In this document: positions 9,090-17,966 of the stretch, one piece after another
How positions within the stretch are numbered: the first letter of the stretch is position 1
Layout: the number at the start of each line of letters is the position of its first letter
Made by a program: the position numbers and the translations under genes
NCBI GenBank assembly: GCA_965279305.1
Contig: OZ257143.1
Coordinates: forward strand, 840,001-872,000
Reading direction: 5' to 3'
Origin: Gammaproteobacteria bacterium
GTDB taxonomy: Bacteria > Pseudomonadota > Gammaproteobacteria > JBIOEC01
Length of the DNA stretch: 32,000 bases
The notes under the pieces: generated by a model
The model's database searches: none
The model's input: the letters and a program-made list of their open reading frames with translations, nothing else
Told to the model about the DNA's origin: nothing

Positions 9090-10753
9090 TAAAGTACCCG
9101 ATTAAGTTCGGCTGAGTTAATAATGCCTTGGGCTATTTTTTTTAAACCTGCTGATTCTAAGGAGTTTTCATTGTCGATATATTGATGAATTTTATGATAA
9201 GAGTGAGATTCTGAAATAATGCGTTGCCATTTTTCATTAATATTTAATACCTCAAAAATACCGGTTCGGCCTTTATATCCATCATGACAGTGAGGGCAGT
9301 TTTTATAAATGTAAAAAGGCTCGGAGACTTGTGCCAATGTAGCGTTTCTTTCTGTATGACAATACGTACAAAGACACCGAACTAATCGTTGCGCCATAAT
9401 TAATTTCAAACAGCTAGCCAATTCAGCGCCACTAATCCCTAATTGCTGCATACGAATTAATGTGGATGCAGCATTTTGAGTGTGTAAGGTAGATAATACT
9501 AAATGTCCTGTTTGTGCTGCTTTGCACGCTACTTGAGCCGTTTCAGCATCTCGAATTTCTCCTATCATAATAATATCGGGATCTTGCCTGAGTAAACAAC
9601 GCAGAACCTGCGCAAAATCTAATCCTATGCTAGGTTGTATGGCTACTTGGTTAATGCCGTTTAATTGTATTTCAACGGGATCCTCTACCGTACTAATATT
9701 TCGTTGCCCATTATTTAAATAATTTAATAAGCTATAAAGGGTTATGCTTTTGCCGCTGCCTGTAGGGCCTGTAATTAAAATAAGACCAGAGGTTCGCTCT
9801 AAAGAATGCTCTAATTGTTGCTTTTGATATGCTTCTAAACCTAGATTTTCTAGTGAAAATGTTTGAGTAGGCGTATTTAACAATCGCAATGCTAATTTTT
9901 CCCCGTGGATCACCGGGCAAACACTAACTCTTATATCCACGGAGTGACCTTGGCGTGTGGTAAACTCAAATCGCCCATCTTGGGGTAACCGCCGTTCGGC
10001 AATATTCAGCTCTGCCATCACTTTAATGCGTGCGGATAATTGAGGTGCCACATGAGAGGGTGGACTCGCATAATCAATTAAGATCCCATCTTGACGTAAA
10101 CGAATTCGGTAAAAAAGTGCGTAAGGCTCAAAATGAATATCGGATACTTTTTGATCAACAGCATCTTGAAGCAACTGATAGATATAAGCAGTAACCGGTG
10201 CGTCTTGATGGTGAGGCTGATGAATAGGGGATGCATGAGTTTCTATAATAGGTATGGATTTTAATGAGGCTTCTCGCTCTGATTTTTCATTACGATCGAT
10301 TAGATGAGTAATGGCTGTTTGCAAATGGTTGGCATCGACTATAGTAATAATGCACGTTTGGTTAAACAGAAAGCTAAAGTCTTCAATGGCATGATGATCG
10401 CTAGGATCGGCCATGGCGATCACCAAATGATCTTCACGCTGATATAAGGGCAATACATAATGTTGTTTGATCAGCGGTAAGCAGATATATTTTTGGGGTA
10501 AAAGATCCAAATCATAAGTGGTTAAATCGTAAATAGAAAGATGGTATAACTCAGCGGCGCACGCTAAAATAGCGGCACTGTCGATATGCCTCTGTTTTAC
10601 AAGGTAATGGATCAATGGTGTGTTTTCTTTTAATGCTTCTGACTGAATCTCAGGTAATAATGAAGATGAAAGCAAACGCTTTTTAATTAAATAAAGCACC
10701 AAACGGGTAGGCGCAACAGAAGAAGATAATAATGGGGATAATGCAGAAGTCAT
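9089..10753 (-). CDS. pilB: Type IV pilus assembly ATPase (GspE/PilB family)
   Basis: Walker A GPTGSGKS, the EDPVE Asp box, MIGEIRD (Walker B region), a TLHT His box and a C-terminal Cys cluster (CxxC...CPHC). Confidence 0.92.
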   Translation of the reverse strand: MTSALSPLLSSSVAPTRLVLYLIKKRLLSSSLLPEIQSEALKENTPLIHYLVKQRHIDSAAILACAAELYHLSIYDLTTYDLDLLPQKYICLPLIKQHYVLPLYQREDHLVIAMADPSDHHAIEDFSFLFNQTCIITIVDANHLQTAITHLIDRNEKSEREASLKSIPIIETHASPIHQPHHQDAPVTAYIYQLLQDAVDQKVSDIHFEPYALFYRIRLRQDGILIDYASPPSHVAPQLSARIKVMAELNIAERRLPQDGRFEFTTRQGHSVDIRVSVCPVIHGEKLALRLLNTPTQTFSLENLGLEAYQKQQLEHSLERTSGLILITGPTGSGKSITLYSLLNYLNNGQRNISTVEDPVEIQLNGINQVAIQPSIGLDFAQVLRCLLRQDPDIIMIGEIRDAETAQVACKAAQTGHLVLSTLHTQNAASTLIRMQQLGISGAELASCLKLIMAQRLVRCLCTYCHTERNATLAQVSEPFYIYKNCPHCHDGYKGRTGIFEVLNINEKWQRIISESHSYHKIHQYIDNENSLESAGLKKIAQGIINSAELNRVL

Positions 10754-10824
10754 GCCAATTCCTTCACTTCTTTTTAAAAGTATATTAATGTAATATTAAG
10801 ATAAAGTAAATGGGTATTTGAAGC

Positions 10825-11640
10825 ATGAAAAGATATCGCTCATTTTTAAAATGGCCGGGCAATAAATATCGCGTACTGGATAAAATTTGTGAGCGTCTTC
10901 CTTCTGGGCAGCGGTTGATTGAACCCTTTGTGGGCTCCGGCGTTGTTTTTTTAAATACTAACTATTCTAAATATTTACTCTCTGACGTAAACGAAGATCT
11001 GATCCGGGTTTATCAAATTCTTCAAACCTCAGGCGATGAGTTTATCAAATACACCAAAAAGCTTTTTACTCGCGCTAATAACCAATCGCATGTGTATTAC
11101 AAACGTAGGGAGCAATTTAATAAAACCAAAGACGAGTGGAAGAAAGCAGCGTTGTTTATTTACTTAAATAGACATGGCTATAATGGTTTGTGTCGTTATA
11201 ATCGTTCTGGGCAATTTAATGTGCCTTTTGGGCGTTACGCAGCCCCTTATTTCCCTGAGGCTGAAATGAAATTCTTTCATCATAAATCGCAGGACAATGT
11301 CCGCTTTATGTGCGCTGATTTTAATACCAGTTTGAAAAGTGCAAGAGCCGGTAATGTTATTTATTGTGATCCACCTTATGTACCGCTAACATTAACAGCG
11401 AATTTTACCAGTTATAGCCAATTGCCTTTTTCATTAGTAGAGCAAAAAAAACTGGCAGAATCAGCAGAGCTTTTATCTAAAAAAGGGGTTTCTGTTTTAA
11501 TATCTAATCATGACACCCCTTTTGTGAGAGAAGCCTATCAAAATGCACAGCTAGAATTTTTTTCAGTAAGCCGTACTATTAGTTGTAAAGGTGCAAGCCG
11601 ACTTCCAGCTCCTGAACTACTTGCCTTGTTTACTCAATAA
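10825..11640 (+). CDS. dam: DNA adenine methyltransferase (GATC-specific Dam family)
   Basis: FLKWPGNKYRVLDKI, EPFVGSGVVFLNT, YLNRHGYNGLCRYNRSGQFNVPFGRY and the catalytic DPPY are near-collinear with E. coli Dam. 271 aa. No adjacent restriction enzyme gene. Confidence 0.92.
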   Translation: MKRYRSFLKWPGNKYRVLDKICERLPSGQRLIEPFVGSGVVFLNTNYSKYLLSDVNEDLIRVYQILQTSGDEFIKYTKKLFTRANNQSHVYYKRREQFNKTKDEWKKAALFIYLNRHGYNGLCRYNRSGQFNVPFGRYAAPYFPEAEMKFFHHKSQDNVRFMCADFNTSLKSARAGNVIYCDPPYVPLTLTANFTSYSQLPFSLVEQKKLAESAELLSKKGVSVLISNHDTPFVREAYQNAQLEFFSVSRTISCKGASRLPAPELLALFTQ

Positions 11641-11711
11641 AATTGACCAATCTGTGCGCTCAGGACTACCTGAATAACATCATTTCTCGCATATACCCTT
11701 ATTTTTCGGAA

Positions 11712-11720
11712 TGATATAAT
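11712..11720 (+). promoter_or_regulatory. Extended -10 promoter (TGaTATAAT) upstream of the receiver gene
   Basis: TG at 11712-11713 and TATAAT at 11715-11720, about 30 nt upstream of the ATG at 11750. No good -35, which an extended -10 tolerates. Confidence 0.4.
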
Positions 11721-11749
11721 TATTTTTTTAACAAAAGTAGGTCGCACTT

Positions 11750-12127
11750 ATGTCAATAAAAACGTTATATGTAGAAGATGATAGTGCAAATAAAGCGGTC
11801 ATGACAGAAATGTTAGCCGCTATTGGGCAGAAAAATTTAACGGTAGCAAGTTCAGGAAAAGAAGCATTAGAAATTATTGAAAATCCCAAAAGTGAATTCG
11901 ATGTGATTATTATTGATTTAGGATTGCCTGATATGACAGGTATTGAGTTAGCAAAAAAAATACGTATGGGAAATTCAAAATCAAAAGAGATTCCTATGGT
12001 AGCTATTAGTGGAAATAATATTCCTGATGCTAAAGATAAAAGTATTAGCGCAGGAATTAATGGGTTTTTAAAAAAGCCCATAGATAAAGAATTACTACGA
12101 ATTGTCCTTGAGCGCTTACTCTCTTAA
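11750..12127 (+). CDS. Stand-alone response-regulator receiver domain (CheY-like)
   Basis: Acidic pocket YVEDD, phospho-acceptor IIIDLGLPDMTG, AISG and FLKKP Lys. 125 aa with no output domain. No histidine kinase in the window. Confidence 0.85.
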   Translation: MSIKTLYVEDDSANKAVMTEMLAAIGQKNLTVASSGKEALEIIENPKSEFDVIIIDLGLPDMTGIELAKKIRMGNSKSKEIPMVAISGNNIPDAKDKSISAGINGFLKKPIDKELLRIVLERLLS

Positions 12128-12141
12128 TTTATATAAATTTT

Positions 12142-13140
12142 ATGAAAATAATTGGATATACAAAAGTATTGTCAGAAGCTGGGGAAGACCATTTTGTTCG
12201 CTCTGAAACAGAGATCGGAGTTCCAGGTGAACATGATCTTTTAGTGGAAGTAAAAGCTATATCGGTGAATCCTGTTGATATAAAGATGAGAAAAAAGACA
12301 GATCCAAATAGTGAGGTTATAGTGCTAGGTTGGGATGCTTCTGGAATAGTTTCTAAAATTGGTAGTAAAGTCAGCTTGTTTAAAGTTGGAGATGAAGTTT
12401 TTTATGCGGGCGCCATCGATCGCCCAGGAACGAACTCTCAATTCCATTTGGTAGATGAAAGAATAGTTGGAATTAAACCTAAAAAATTAAATTATGCGGA
12501 AGCGGCAGCTCTTCCTCTAACATCAATTACTGCTTGGGAGGGATTATTTGATCGCTTAAGTCTCAAGGCTGATGACAGTAATGTTTTATTGGTAATGGGA
12601 GGTGCTGGAGGAGTTGGATCTATGGTAATTCAGTTGGCAAAAGCACTTACCAATCTTACTGTTGTTGCTACTGCCTCCAGAGAAAAAAGCAAAGAATGGT
12701 GCTACAAAATGGGAGCAGATTACGTTATTAATCACCATCACCCAATAAAGCAACAATTAGATGATTTAAAAATATCTGATCCAGATTTTGTTTTCTCTAC
12801 CACCAAAACCGAAGAAAACTTTAATGAAATTTCGGAGGTAATTGCTCCAGAAGGAAAGCTATTGATCATAGATGACCCAAAAAATATTGATATTTCAATT
12901 TTAAAGAAAAAATCCATATCTCTATGTTGGGAGTTTATGTTTACCCGATCTTTATTTAAAAATAACATCATTAAGCAGCATATTATATTAAATAAAGTTT
13001 CCAGTTTAATCGATAGTGGAAAGATTAAAACATCTTTGAATGAAAGGTTTTCACCTATTAATGCGGAAAATTTAATAAAAGCCCATAAAAATATTGAAAC
13101 TGATAAAACCATTGGAAAAATAGTGATAGAAGGTTGGTAG
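12142..13140 (+). CDS. Zinc-binding alcohol dehydrogenase family / quinone-oxidoreductase-like MDR protein
   Basis: GEHDLLVEVKAISVNPVDIKMR and GDEVFYAG in the GroES-like domain, and the Rossmann motif VMGGAGGVGSMVIQLAK. 332 aa. Confidence 0.85.
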   Translation: MKIIGYTKVLSEAGEDHFVRSETEIGVPGEHDLLVEVKAISVNPVDIKMRKKTDPNSEVIVLGWDASGIVSKIGSKVSLFKVGDEVFYAGAIDRPGTNSQFHLVDERIVGIKPKKLNYAEAAALPLTSITAWEGLFDRLSLKADDSNVLLVMGGAGGVGSMVIQLAKALTNLTVVATASREKSKEWCYKMGADYVINHHHPIKQQLDDLKISDPDFVFSTTKTEENFNEISEVIAPEGKLLIIDDPKNIDISILKKKSISLCWEFMFTRSLFKNNIIKQHIILNKVSSLIDSGKIKTSLNERFSPINAENLIKAHKNIETDKTIGKIVIEGW

Positions 13141-13151
13141 GTTATATTAAA

Positions 13152-14792
13152 ATGAGTAAAAAAGAAAAGACACCTTGTTTAATTATCGATAAGGATCGAT
13201 TTGCTAATTTTGCCCTTGAGCATATACGCGAAAGCTTATATTGTTGCTGGGTAAGATATATCCTCGATTTAGGATTAGATGATAAGGACTATACTCAGAG
13301 TTGGTCTATTGGAATAGATGAAGAAGGTGTTATAGAGAAAATTGAGTGCTGGATAGCAATCCTTGCAGAAATTAATGATGTTTTCCATGAAAATATAAAA
13401 AAAATTAGAAGCCAAATAAAAAATATTACACATGGAGATGTAAATGAAAAGTTAATTAATTATAAAGGAGCCATAGCTTTTTTGCTTGAACAAGCAAGGT
13501 TAGTTTCTAAAGATCCACAGAGCTTTTCAAAAACCAATATTATTTCATTAAATGACACTGTCATAATACAAATTGAAATTATAGGTCAAATTAATTCTTA
13601 CCTAGAGGCTGTGAGAAAAATTTTGAGATTTAATAGGGATAATAATCGGTACCCTTCATTGAATGAATATTGTATTCTTTTTTCAGCATTTTATCTGTTT
13701 GATGAAGGTGTAAAGGGAGATGTGATCCCCGTGTCTCTAAGAAATACTGAGTTTAGAAAGAGACAAACGTTAATGTCTATAACGGATCCTGGATTAGGTC
13801 ATGTATATGGAACTTGCCTAAATAATGATTTTTTTGATGGTGTTATTGTCCATGTTGAGCATCTTGAAAGAGGAATAAATATCCCCAGGGCACAAATTGA
13901 ACCTTATAGAATTCCCGAACCCAAAATGATATCGCGTATTTGCTTTTTATCAAGCGAAAAAGCCCCTGTATCGACTTATGTGGGGCGTCCTATTTTTGAA
14001 GGTAATGTAGAAGACTCAATGCTTAAAACGGTTAGAACTATGTCTGCAGCTTGTAATTCGTTTTTTATGGATGGAGTTTCCGAGTGTAAATTTTCTGTTG
14101 AAGGCATGACCAGTTCACAAGCAATACGGTTCTTGAGACTTATTACTAAAAATGTTAAAAGAAACAAAAAAACACAAGCTATTTCAGCTGCTTTTTGTTT
14201 AAACCTACCTATATTAGATGATAGAACTACTTCGCATAATATGATAACTGATAAATATGAAATAGGTCTACTTGGTATTCAAATTGTTGCATCTAGTGGC
14301 ATTGATAAGGTCACTTGGGATGGAACTGCGGATACTTATCCCAGTCAATGTGTTATTGATCAGTTGGGTTTTAAAAATGCAATAAATTTAGTTCATAAGG
14401 CACATGAGCTTGGATTGATTACTTATTTTAGTGCTGGGTTTAAATTAGATAATATAAAGAAAGCAGTTTTAACTGGAGTAGATGGAATTGGTGTAGGAGG
14501 GGCTCAGATCCTTCGATATATGGATTATTCGAATGGAAATCATGGTCCCTTTAAAAAAGATAATATCTCTAAAATACTAAAAGCACGTAATGAAGCAGAG
14601 GAAAGCATTATGGGTAAATCAATCAAATTATTGGCTAAGTTAGATTTTTTGTTTTCGCAGGGTAATTTAAATTTCGAACAAAATTATATTAGAAAACATG
14701 TTTTTGAAAGCATACAGAGTGAAAACATACCTGACTTGGAGTACTTTCTAAATGATTTTGAGAATAAACCTATCAGTATAACTTGTGTATAG
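13152..14792 (+). CDS. Hypothetical protein; the C-terminal ~200 aa resemble a TIM-barrel (possibly DUF556/MfnB-like), the N-terminal ~300 aa are unassigned
   Basis: A long uninterrupted ORF in very AT-rich DNA. The track start at 13134 is a TTG overlapping the upstream gene, so ATG at 13152 (MSKKEKTP) is preferred. The C-terminal pattern KVTWDGTAD...LVHKAHELGLITYFSAGFKLDNIKKAVLTGVDGIGVGGAQILR resembles a phosphate-binding beta/alpha barrel. This comes from memory of motif patterns, not from a search. Confidence 0.55.
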   Translation: MSKKEKTPCLIIDKDRFANFALEHIRESLYCCWVRYILDLGLDDKDYTQSWSIGIDEEGVIEKIECWIAILAEINDVFHENIKKIRSQIKNITHGDVNEKLINYKGAIAFLLEQARLVSKDPQSFSKTNIISLNDTVIIQIEIIGQINSYLEAVRKILRFNRDNNRYPSLNEYCILFSAFYLFDEGVKGDVIPVSLRNTEFRKRQTLMSITDPGLGHVYGTCLNNDFFDGVIVHVEHLERGINIPRAQIEPYRIPEPKMISRICFLSSEKAPVSTYVGRPIFEGNVEDSMLKTVRTMSAACNSFFMDGVSECKFSVEGMTSSQAIRFLRLITKNVKRNKKTQAISAAFCLNLPILDDRTTSHNMITDKYEIGLLGIQIVASSGIDKVTWDGTADTYPSQCVIDQLGFKNAINLVHKAHELGLITYFSAGFKLDNIKKAVLTGVDGIGVGGAQILRYMDYSNGNHGPFKKDNISKILKARNEAEESIMGKSIKLLAKLDFLFSQGNLNFEQNYIRKHVFESIQSENIPDLEYFLNDFENKPISITCV

Positions 14793-14863
14793 TTTATTGT
14801 CGGATACTTCTTGCGTCCTTATAAAAGCTAGTGAATAATGTAGCGATATATAGGGACAACATC

Positions 14864-16267
14864 ATGCAAAGATTATTAATTGGCTTTATTCTATTAGGCA
14901 TTAGCGCTTTAAATATTTCTCATTCTGCACAAACTCCAACCACTTCCAGCGTTCCTACAGGCGAAGAGACTTATCAACAATATTGTGCAGGTTGCCATGA
15001 AACCGGAACTGCTAATGCACCTCGCCGCTCTGATACCGCCTTTTGGAAAAAACGTTTGCAAGAAACAGGAAGCCGCAGCGTGCTCACGAATGTAGTGATC
15101 AGTGGTAAAGGTGCTATGCCGCCTAAAGGTGGCTGTACTAACTGCACAGAAGAAGAATTAAATAATTCAGTAGCTTATTTAGTTGGCGCTACTTCAGCTA
15201 CCGCGAGTGAAGCTCCTACCGCATTACCTATTGAAAAACTGATCCTCCCTAAAGGATTTCAAATTAAAGTATTAGCCGATCAATTGCCTGGGGCGCGCTT
15301 TATGACTTTAGGTGATAAAGGCACTCTTTTTGTAGGAAGCCGTGGTCATGGAAATGTTTATGCAGTAACCCAAGATCAAAATGGAAAAGTTCAGAAAAAA
15401 ACATTACTCAGCGGATTAGACGAACCGAATGGCGTGGCTTTTTATAAAGGGGCTTTATATGTAGCTGAAATAGGGCGCATTACTCGCTACGATAATATAG
15501 AAGAAAAATTAGATAAACCTCCAGCAGCGGTATTAATCACGGATAAATTGCCGCGTATGCGCTGGCATGGATACAAAGTGATTAATATTGGTCCGGATGG
15601 TTTATTGTACGTAGCGCTGGGTATGCCTTGTAATACCTGTAATTATCGTGACACTAACCCTGTGTTGGGTACTATCATGCGCATGAAACTTGATGGTAGT
15701 GAAATAGAACCTTATGCGATTGGTATTAGGAACAGTGTTGGGTTTGATTGGCATCCTATTACTAAAGAAATGTGGTTTACCGATAACGGTCAAGATTTAA
15801 TGGGTGATGAGTTACCCCCTGATGAAATTAATTACGCGCCTAAAGCAGGTATGGATTTTGGCTTTCCATATGTATACGGAAACAATATACCAACACCCGA
15901 TTACACCAAAGAAAAAATGGATGTATCTAAATTTACGGTTCCCGCCTGGGAACTGCCCGCCCATGTTGCACCATTGGGGCTTACTTTTTATACGGGTGGG
16001 CAATTCCCTAAAGCGTATCAAGACCAGATATTCGTAGCTTTACATGGTTCTTGGAACCGTAGTAAAAAAATAGGATATGAAGTAGTGATGTTAACCTTGG
16101 ATAAAAACAAAATCACAAAAATGGAGCCTTTTGTAAAAGGCTGGTTACAAGGCGAAAACGTTTGGGGGCGCCCAGTAGATATGATAATAAAACCTAATGG
16201 CGCCATGCTGATTTCAGATGATCTGAATGGTGCTATATATGAAGTTACATATGCTGAGCCTAAGTAA
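14864..16267 (+). CDS. Periplasmic cytochrome c5-like domain fused to a PQQ-dependent sugar (glucose/sorbosone) dehydrogenase beta-propeller
   Basis: Signal peptide MQRLLIGFILLGISALNISHSA. Heme site CAGCHE followed by GAMPPKGGCTNC (c5-type Met ligand and Cys pair). This is followed by sorbosone-dehydrogenase-family blocks (EPNGVAFYKGALYVAE, MWFTDNGQD, HVAPLGLTFY, GSWNRS). ATG at 14864 is preferred over the GTG at 14831. Confidence 0.8.
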   Translation: MQRLLIGFILLGISALNISHSAQTPTTSSVPTGEETYQQYCAGCHETGTANAPRRSDTAFWKKRLQETGSRSVLTNVVISGKGAMPPKGGCTNCTEEELNNSVAYLVGATSATASEAPTALPIEKLILPKGFQIKVLADQLPGARFMTLGDKGTLFVGSRGHGNVYAVTQDQNGKVQKKTLLSGLDEPNGVAFYKGALYVAEIGRITRYDNIEEKLDKPPAAVLITDKLPRMRWHGYKVINIGPDGLLYVALGMPCNTCNYRDTNPVLGTIMRMKLDGSEIEPYAIGIRNSVGFDWHPITKEMWFTDNGQDLMGDELPPDEINYAPKAGMDFGFPYVYGNNIPTPDYTKEKMDVSKFTVPAWELPAHVAPLGLTFYTGGQFPKAYQDQIFVALHGSWNRSKKIGYEVVMLTLDKNKITKMEPFVKGWLQGENVWGRPVDMIIKPNGAMLISDDLNGAIYEVTYAEPK

Positions 16268-16372
16268 AACTGAGCCTTTAACTGACCAGGTGGTATCTTT
16301 ATTTTGATCAGTGTACTTTTATAGGACGAAGTGATATTTTGTATTTTTAGGCTTTAAGAAGTGGAGTGTTTT

Positions 16373-17878
16373 ATGGTTATTCACCAATTTATTTTTTCTG
16401 AGTTGCGCCACCAGTTTAATACGAATTTCTCTCCTATCCTTCCTCTTTTGCTTGAATATGAATTACTCCTTTTAAAGCAAAGTCTGTTTTCTAGCGAAAA
16501 TACATCTGAGAATAAAATACGCTATCGTGAAGGTATAATGGCCGCATATACCAGATATATTGATATCGCAGAAGATTTATCCTATGAAGTAGAAATGTCT
16601 GCTGGGAATAGAGAAGCTCATTTAAGAGGGAAAGAAGAGGAAATATTATTACTTGCCAAACCTTATTTCGATTATGAGGTTGCTCCCAGTGCAAATTTTA
16701 AGTTACTGTTAGAAGAGTTAAAAAGCTTAGTTGAAGAAGCACGTGTAAAATTAGAAAAAACTATTAATGAGCCTATTAATACGACCCAATATTCTCAACT
16801 GAGAGTTTCTATTCATCCTCATAATCAATTTGCTATTATTGAAGCAGTCACTTTCTCCAAAATTCCATTTTTACAAGCCTGTGCTTCAGGAGATGAAAAT
16901 TCTCTTATAGCTGCTTTTGCTAAAGCGAATAATCCCGGAAGGTTTCGTTCGTCAAAAGCTCTTGTAGAAGCACTTGTTTCTACCAAAGAAGAAAAAGCAC
17001 TTGATGAAAAAGCAGATATTTATTATGGCATTCATTTAGCGGTCATTTTTCGTCGCCCTGAATCGTTAGATATTTTATTGAAAAATGGTTACCCCGTTAA
17101 TCAGCCTTCAGAAACGAAAAAAGTAACGGCACTGCATTTAGCTTGTGAAATGGGTGATATGGATTTAGTCACAAAATTATTGAATGCGGGTGCGGATATT
17201 CATGCACTAGATGCCGATAACCTGAGTCCTTTGCATTATGGATTAAGAGGGCATGCGAACTCTAAACTAATAAAATTGTTATTAGAAAGAAATGCAGATG
17301 CCTATACTGTAGATAGCAATAATAGAAATGTATTACATATTCTTGCTACTAGAAATATTCCGTGGGACTCTAATCATCAAGTGACTGGAATGGTAGAAAA
17401 TGCACTCCAAGATCAGCTAGACATTGCCCAATTTTTTCTTCGAGATGATATGCACAAAAATCGTTTGTTAACTCAAATGACTTCAGATACAGGTTTCACT
17501 CCGAGAAATTATGCTTTAAAGTACCAAGCTCCTTTGCTCCTGCCTTTATTTAGCGAGGGTCTAGCTCCTGTACCTGGGATAGACGATCAACCTGAATCAA
17601 ATTTACAAATGCAGGCCACATTAATTGAAAGGCTAGTTCAACCTTATAAGAGTAGAAAGTTAGACAGAAATACCTTTGTGAGAGATACCATTGGCGATAA
17701 AGATCTAGCGCGCGTTAAACGAGCTCTGATAAAAAGCTATCAACAGACACCAGAAGATGGAATGGTAGCTGTGATGGCGGAGATGAAGCTAATGCCAGGC
17801 CGTCAAGTGCAATTATCTGATTTACGTAAGTCTTACTTGCCACCCGGAGCAGCACAACCCCAAGCTCAGCCCTCTTAA
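16373..17878 (+). CDS. Ankyrin-repeat protein (candidate translocated effector)
   Basis: ANK repeats: GIHLAVIFRRPESLDILLKNGYPVN, VTALHLACEMGDMDLVTKLLNAGADIHALD, LSPLHYGLRGHANSKLIKLLLERNADAYTVD and RNVLHILA. GGAG lies 6 nt upstream of ATG 16373; the track GTG at 16361 falls inside that SD. Confidence 0.8.
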   Translation: MVIHQFIFSELRHQFNTNFSPILPLLLEYELLLLKQSLFSSENTSENKIRYREGIMAAYTRYIDIAEDLSYEVEMSAGNREAHLRGKEEEILLLAKPYFDYEVAPSANFKLLLEELKSLVEEARVKLEKTINEPINTTQYSQLRVSIHPHNQFAIIEAVTFSKIPFLQACASGDENSLIAAFAKANNPGRFRSSKALVEALVSTKEEKALDEKADIYYGIHLAVIFRRPESLDILLKNGYPVNQPSETKKVTALHLACEMGDMDLVTKLLNAGADIHALDADNLSPLHYGLRGHANSKLIKLLLERNADAYTVDSNNRNVLHILATRNIPWDSNHQVTGMVENALQDQLDIAQFFLRDDMHKNRLLTQMTSDTGFTPRNYALKYQAPLLLPLFSEGLAPVPGIDDQPESNLQMQATLIERLVQPYKSRKLDRNTFVRDTIGDKDLARVKRALIKSYQQTPEDGMVAVMAEMKLMPGRQVQLSDLRKSYLPPGAAQPQAQPS

Positions 17879-17910
17879 ATAGAGCTGTTCAAGCTAGTAC
17901 ATCGTAGCTA

Positions 17911-17939
17911 TTGAGTTTCCAGCCGTCAGGCCGTATAAT
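17911..17939 (+). promoter_or_regulatory. Sigma70-type promoter for the 487-aa gene
   Basis: TTGAGT (17911-17916), a 17-nt spacer, then TATAAT (17934-17939), 27 nt upstream of ATG 17967. Confidence 0.45.
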
Positions 17940-17966
17940 AGTCAAAAAACTAACTACGGCCTTTTT

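Noticed and set aside
10825-11640. dam as part of a restriction-modification or defense locus
   Set aside because: There is no endonuclease-like ORF on either side: pilB lies upstream and a receiver domain downstream. The near-collinearity with E. coli Dam fits an orphan regulatory methylase.
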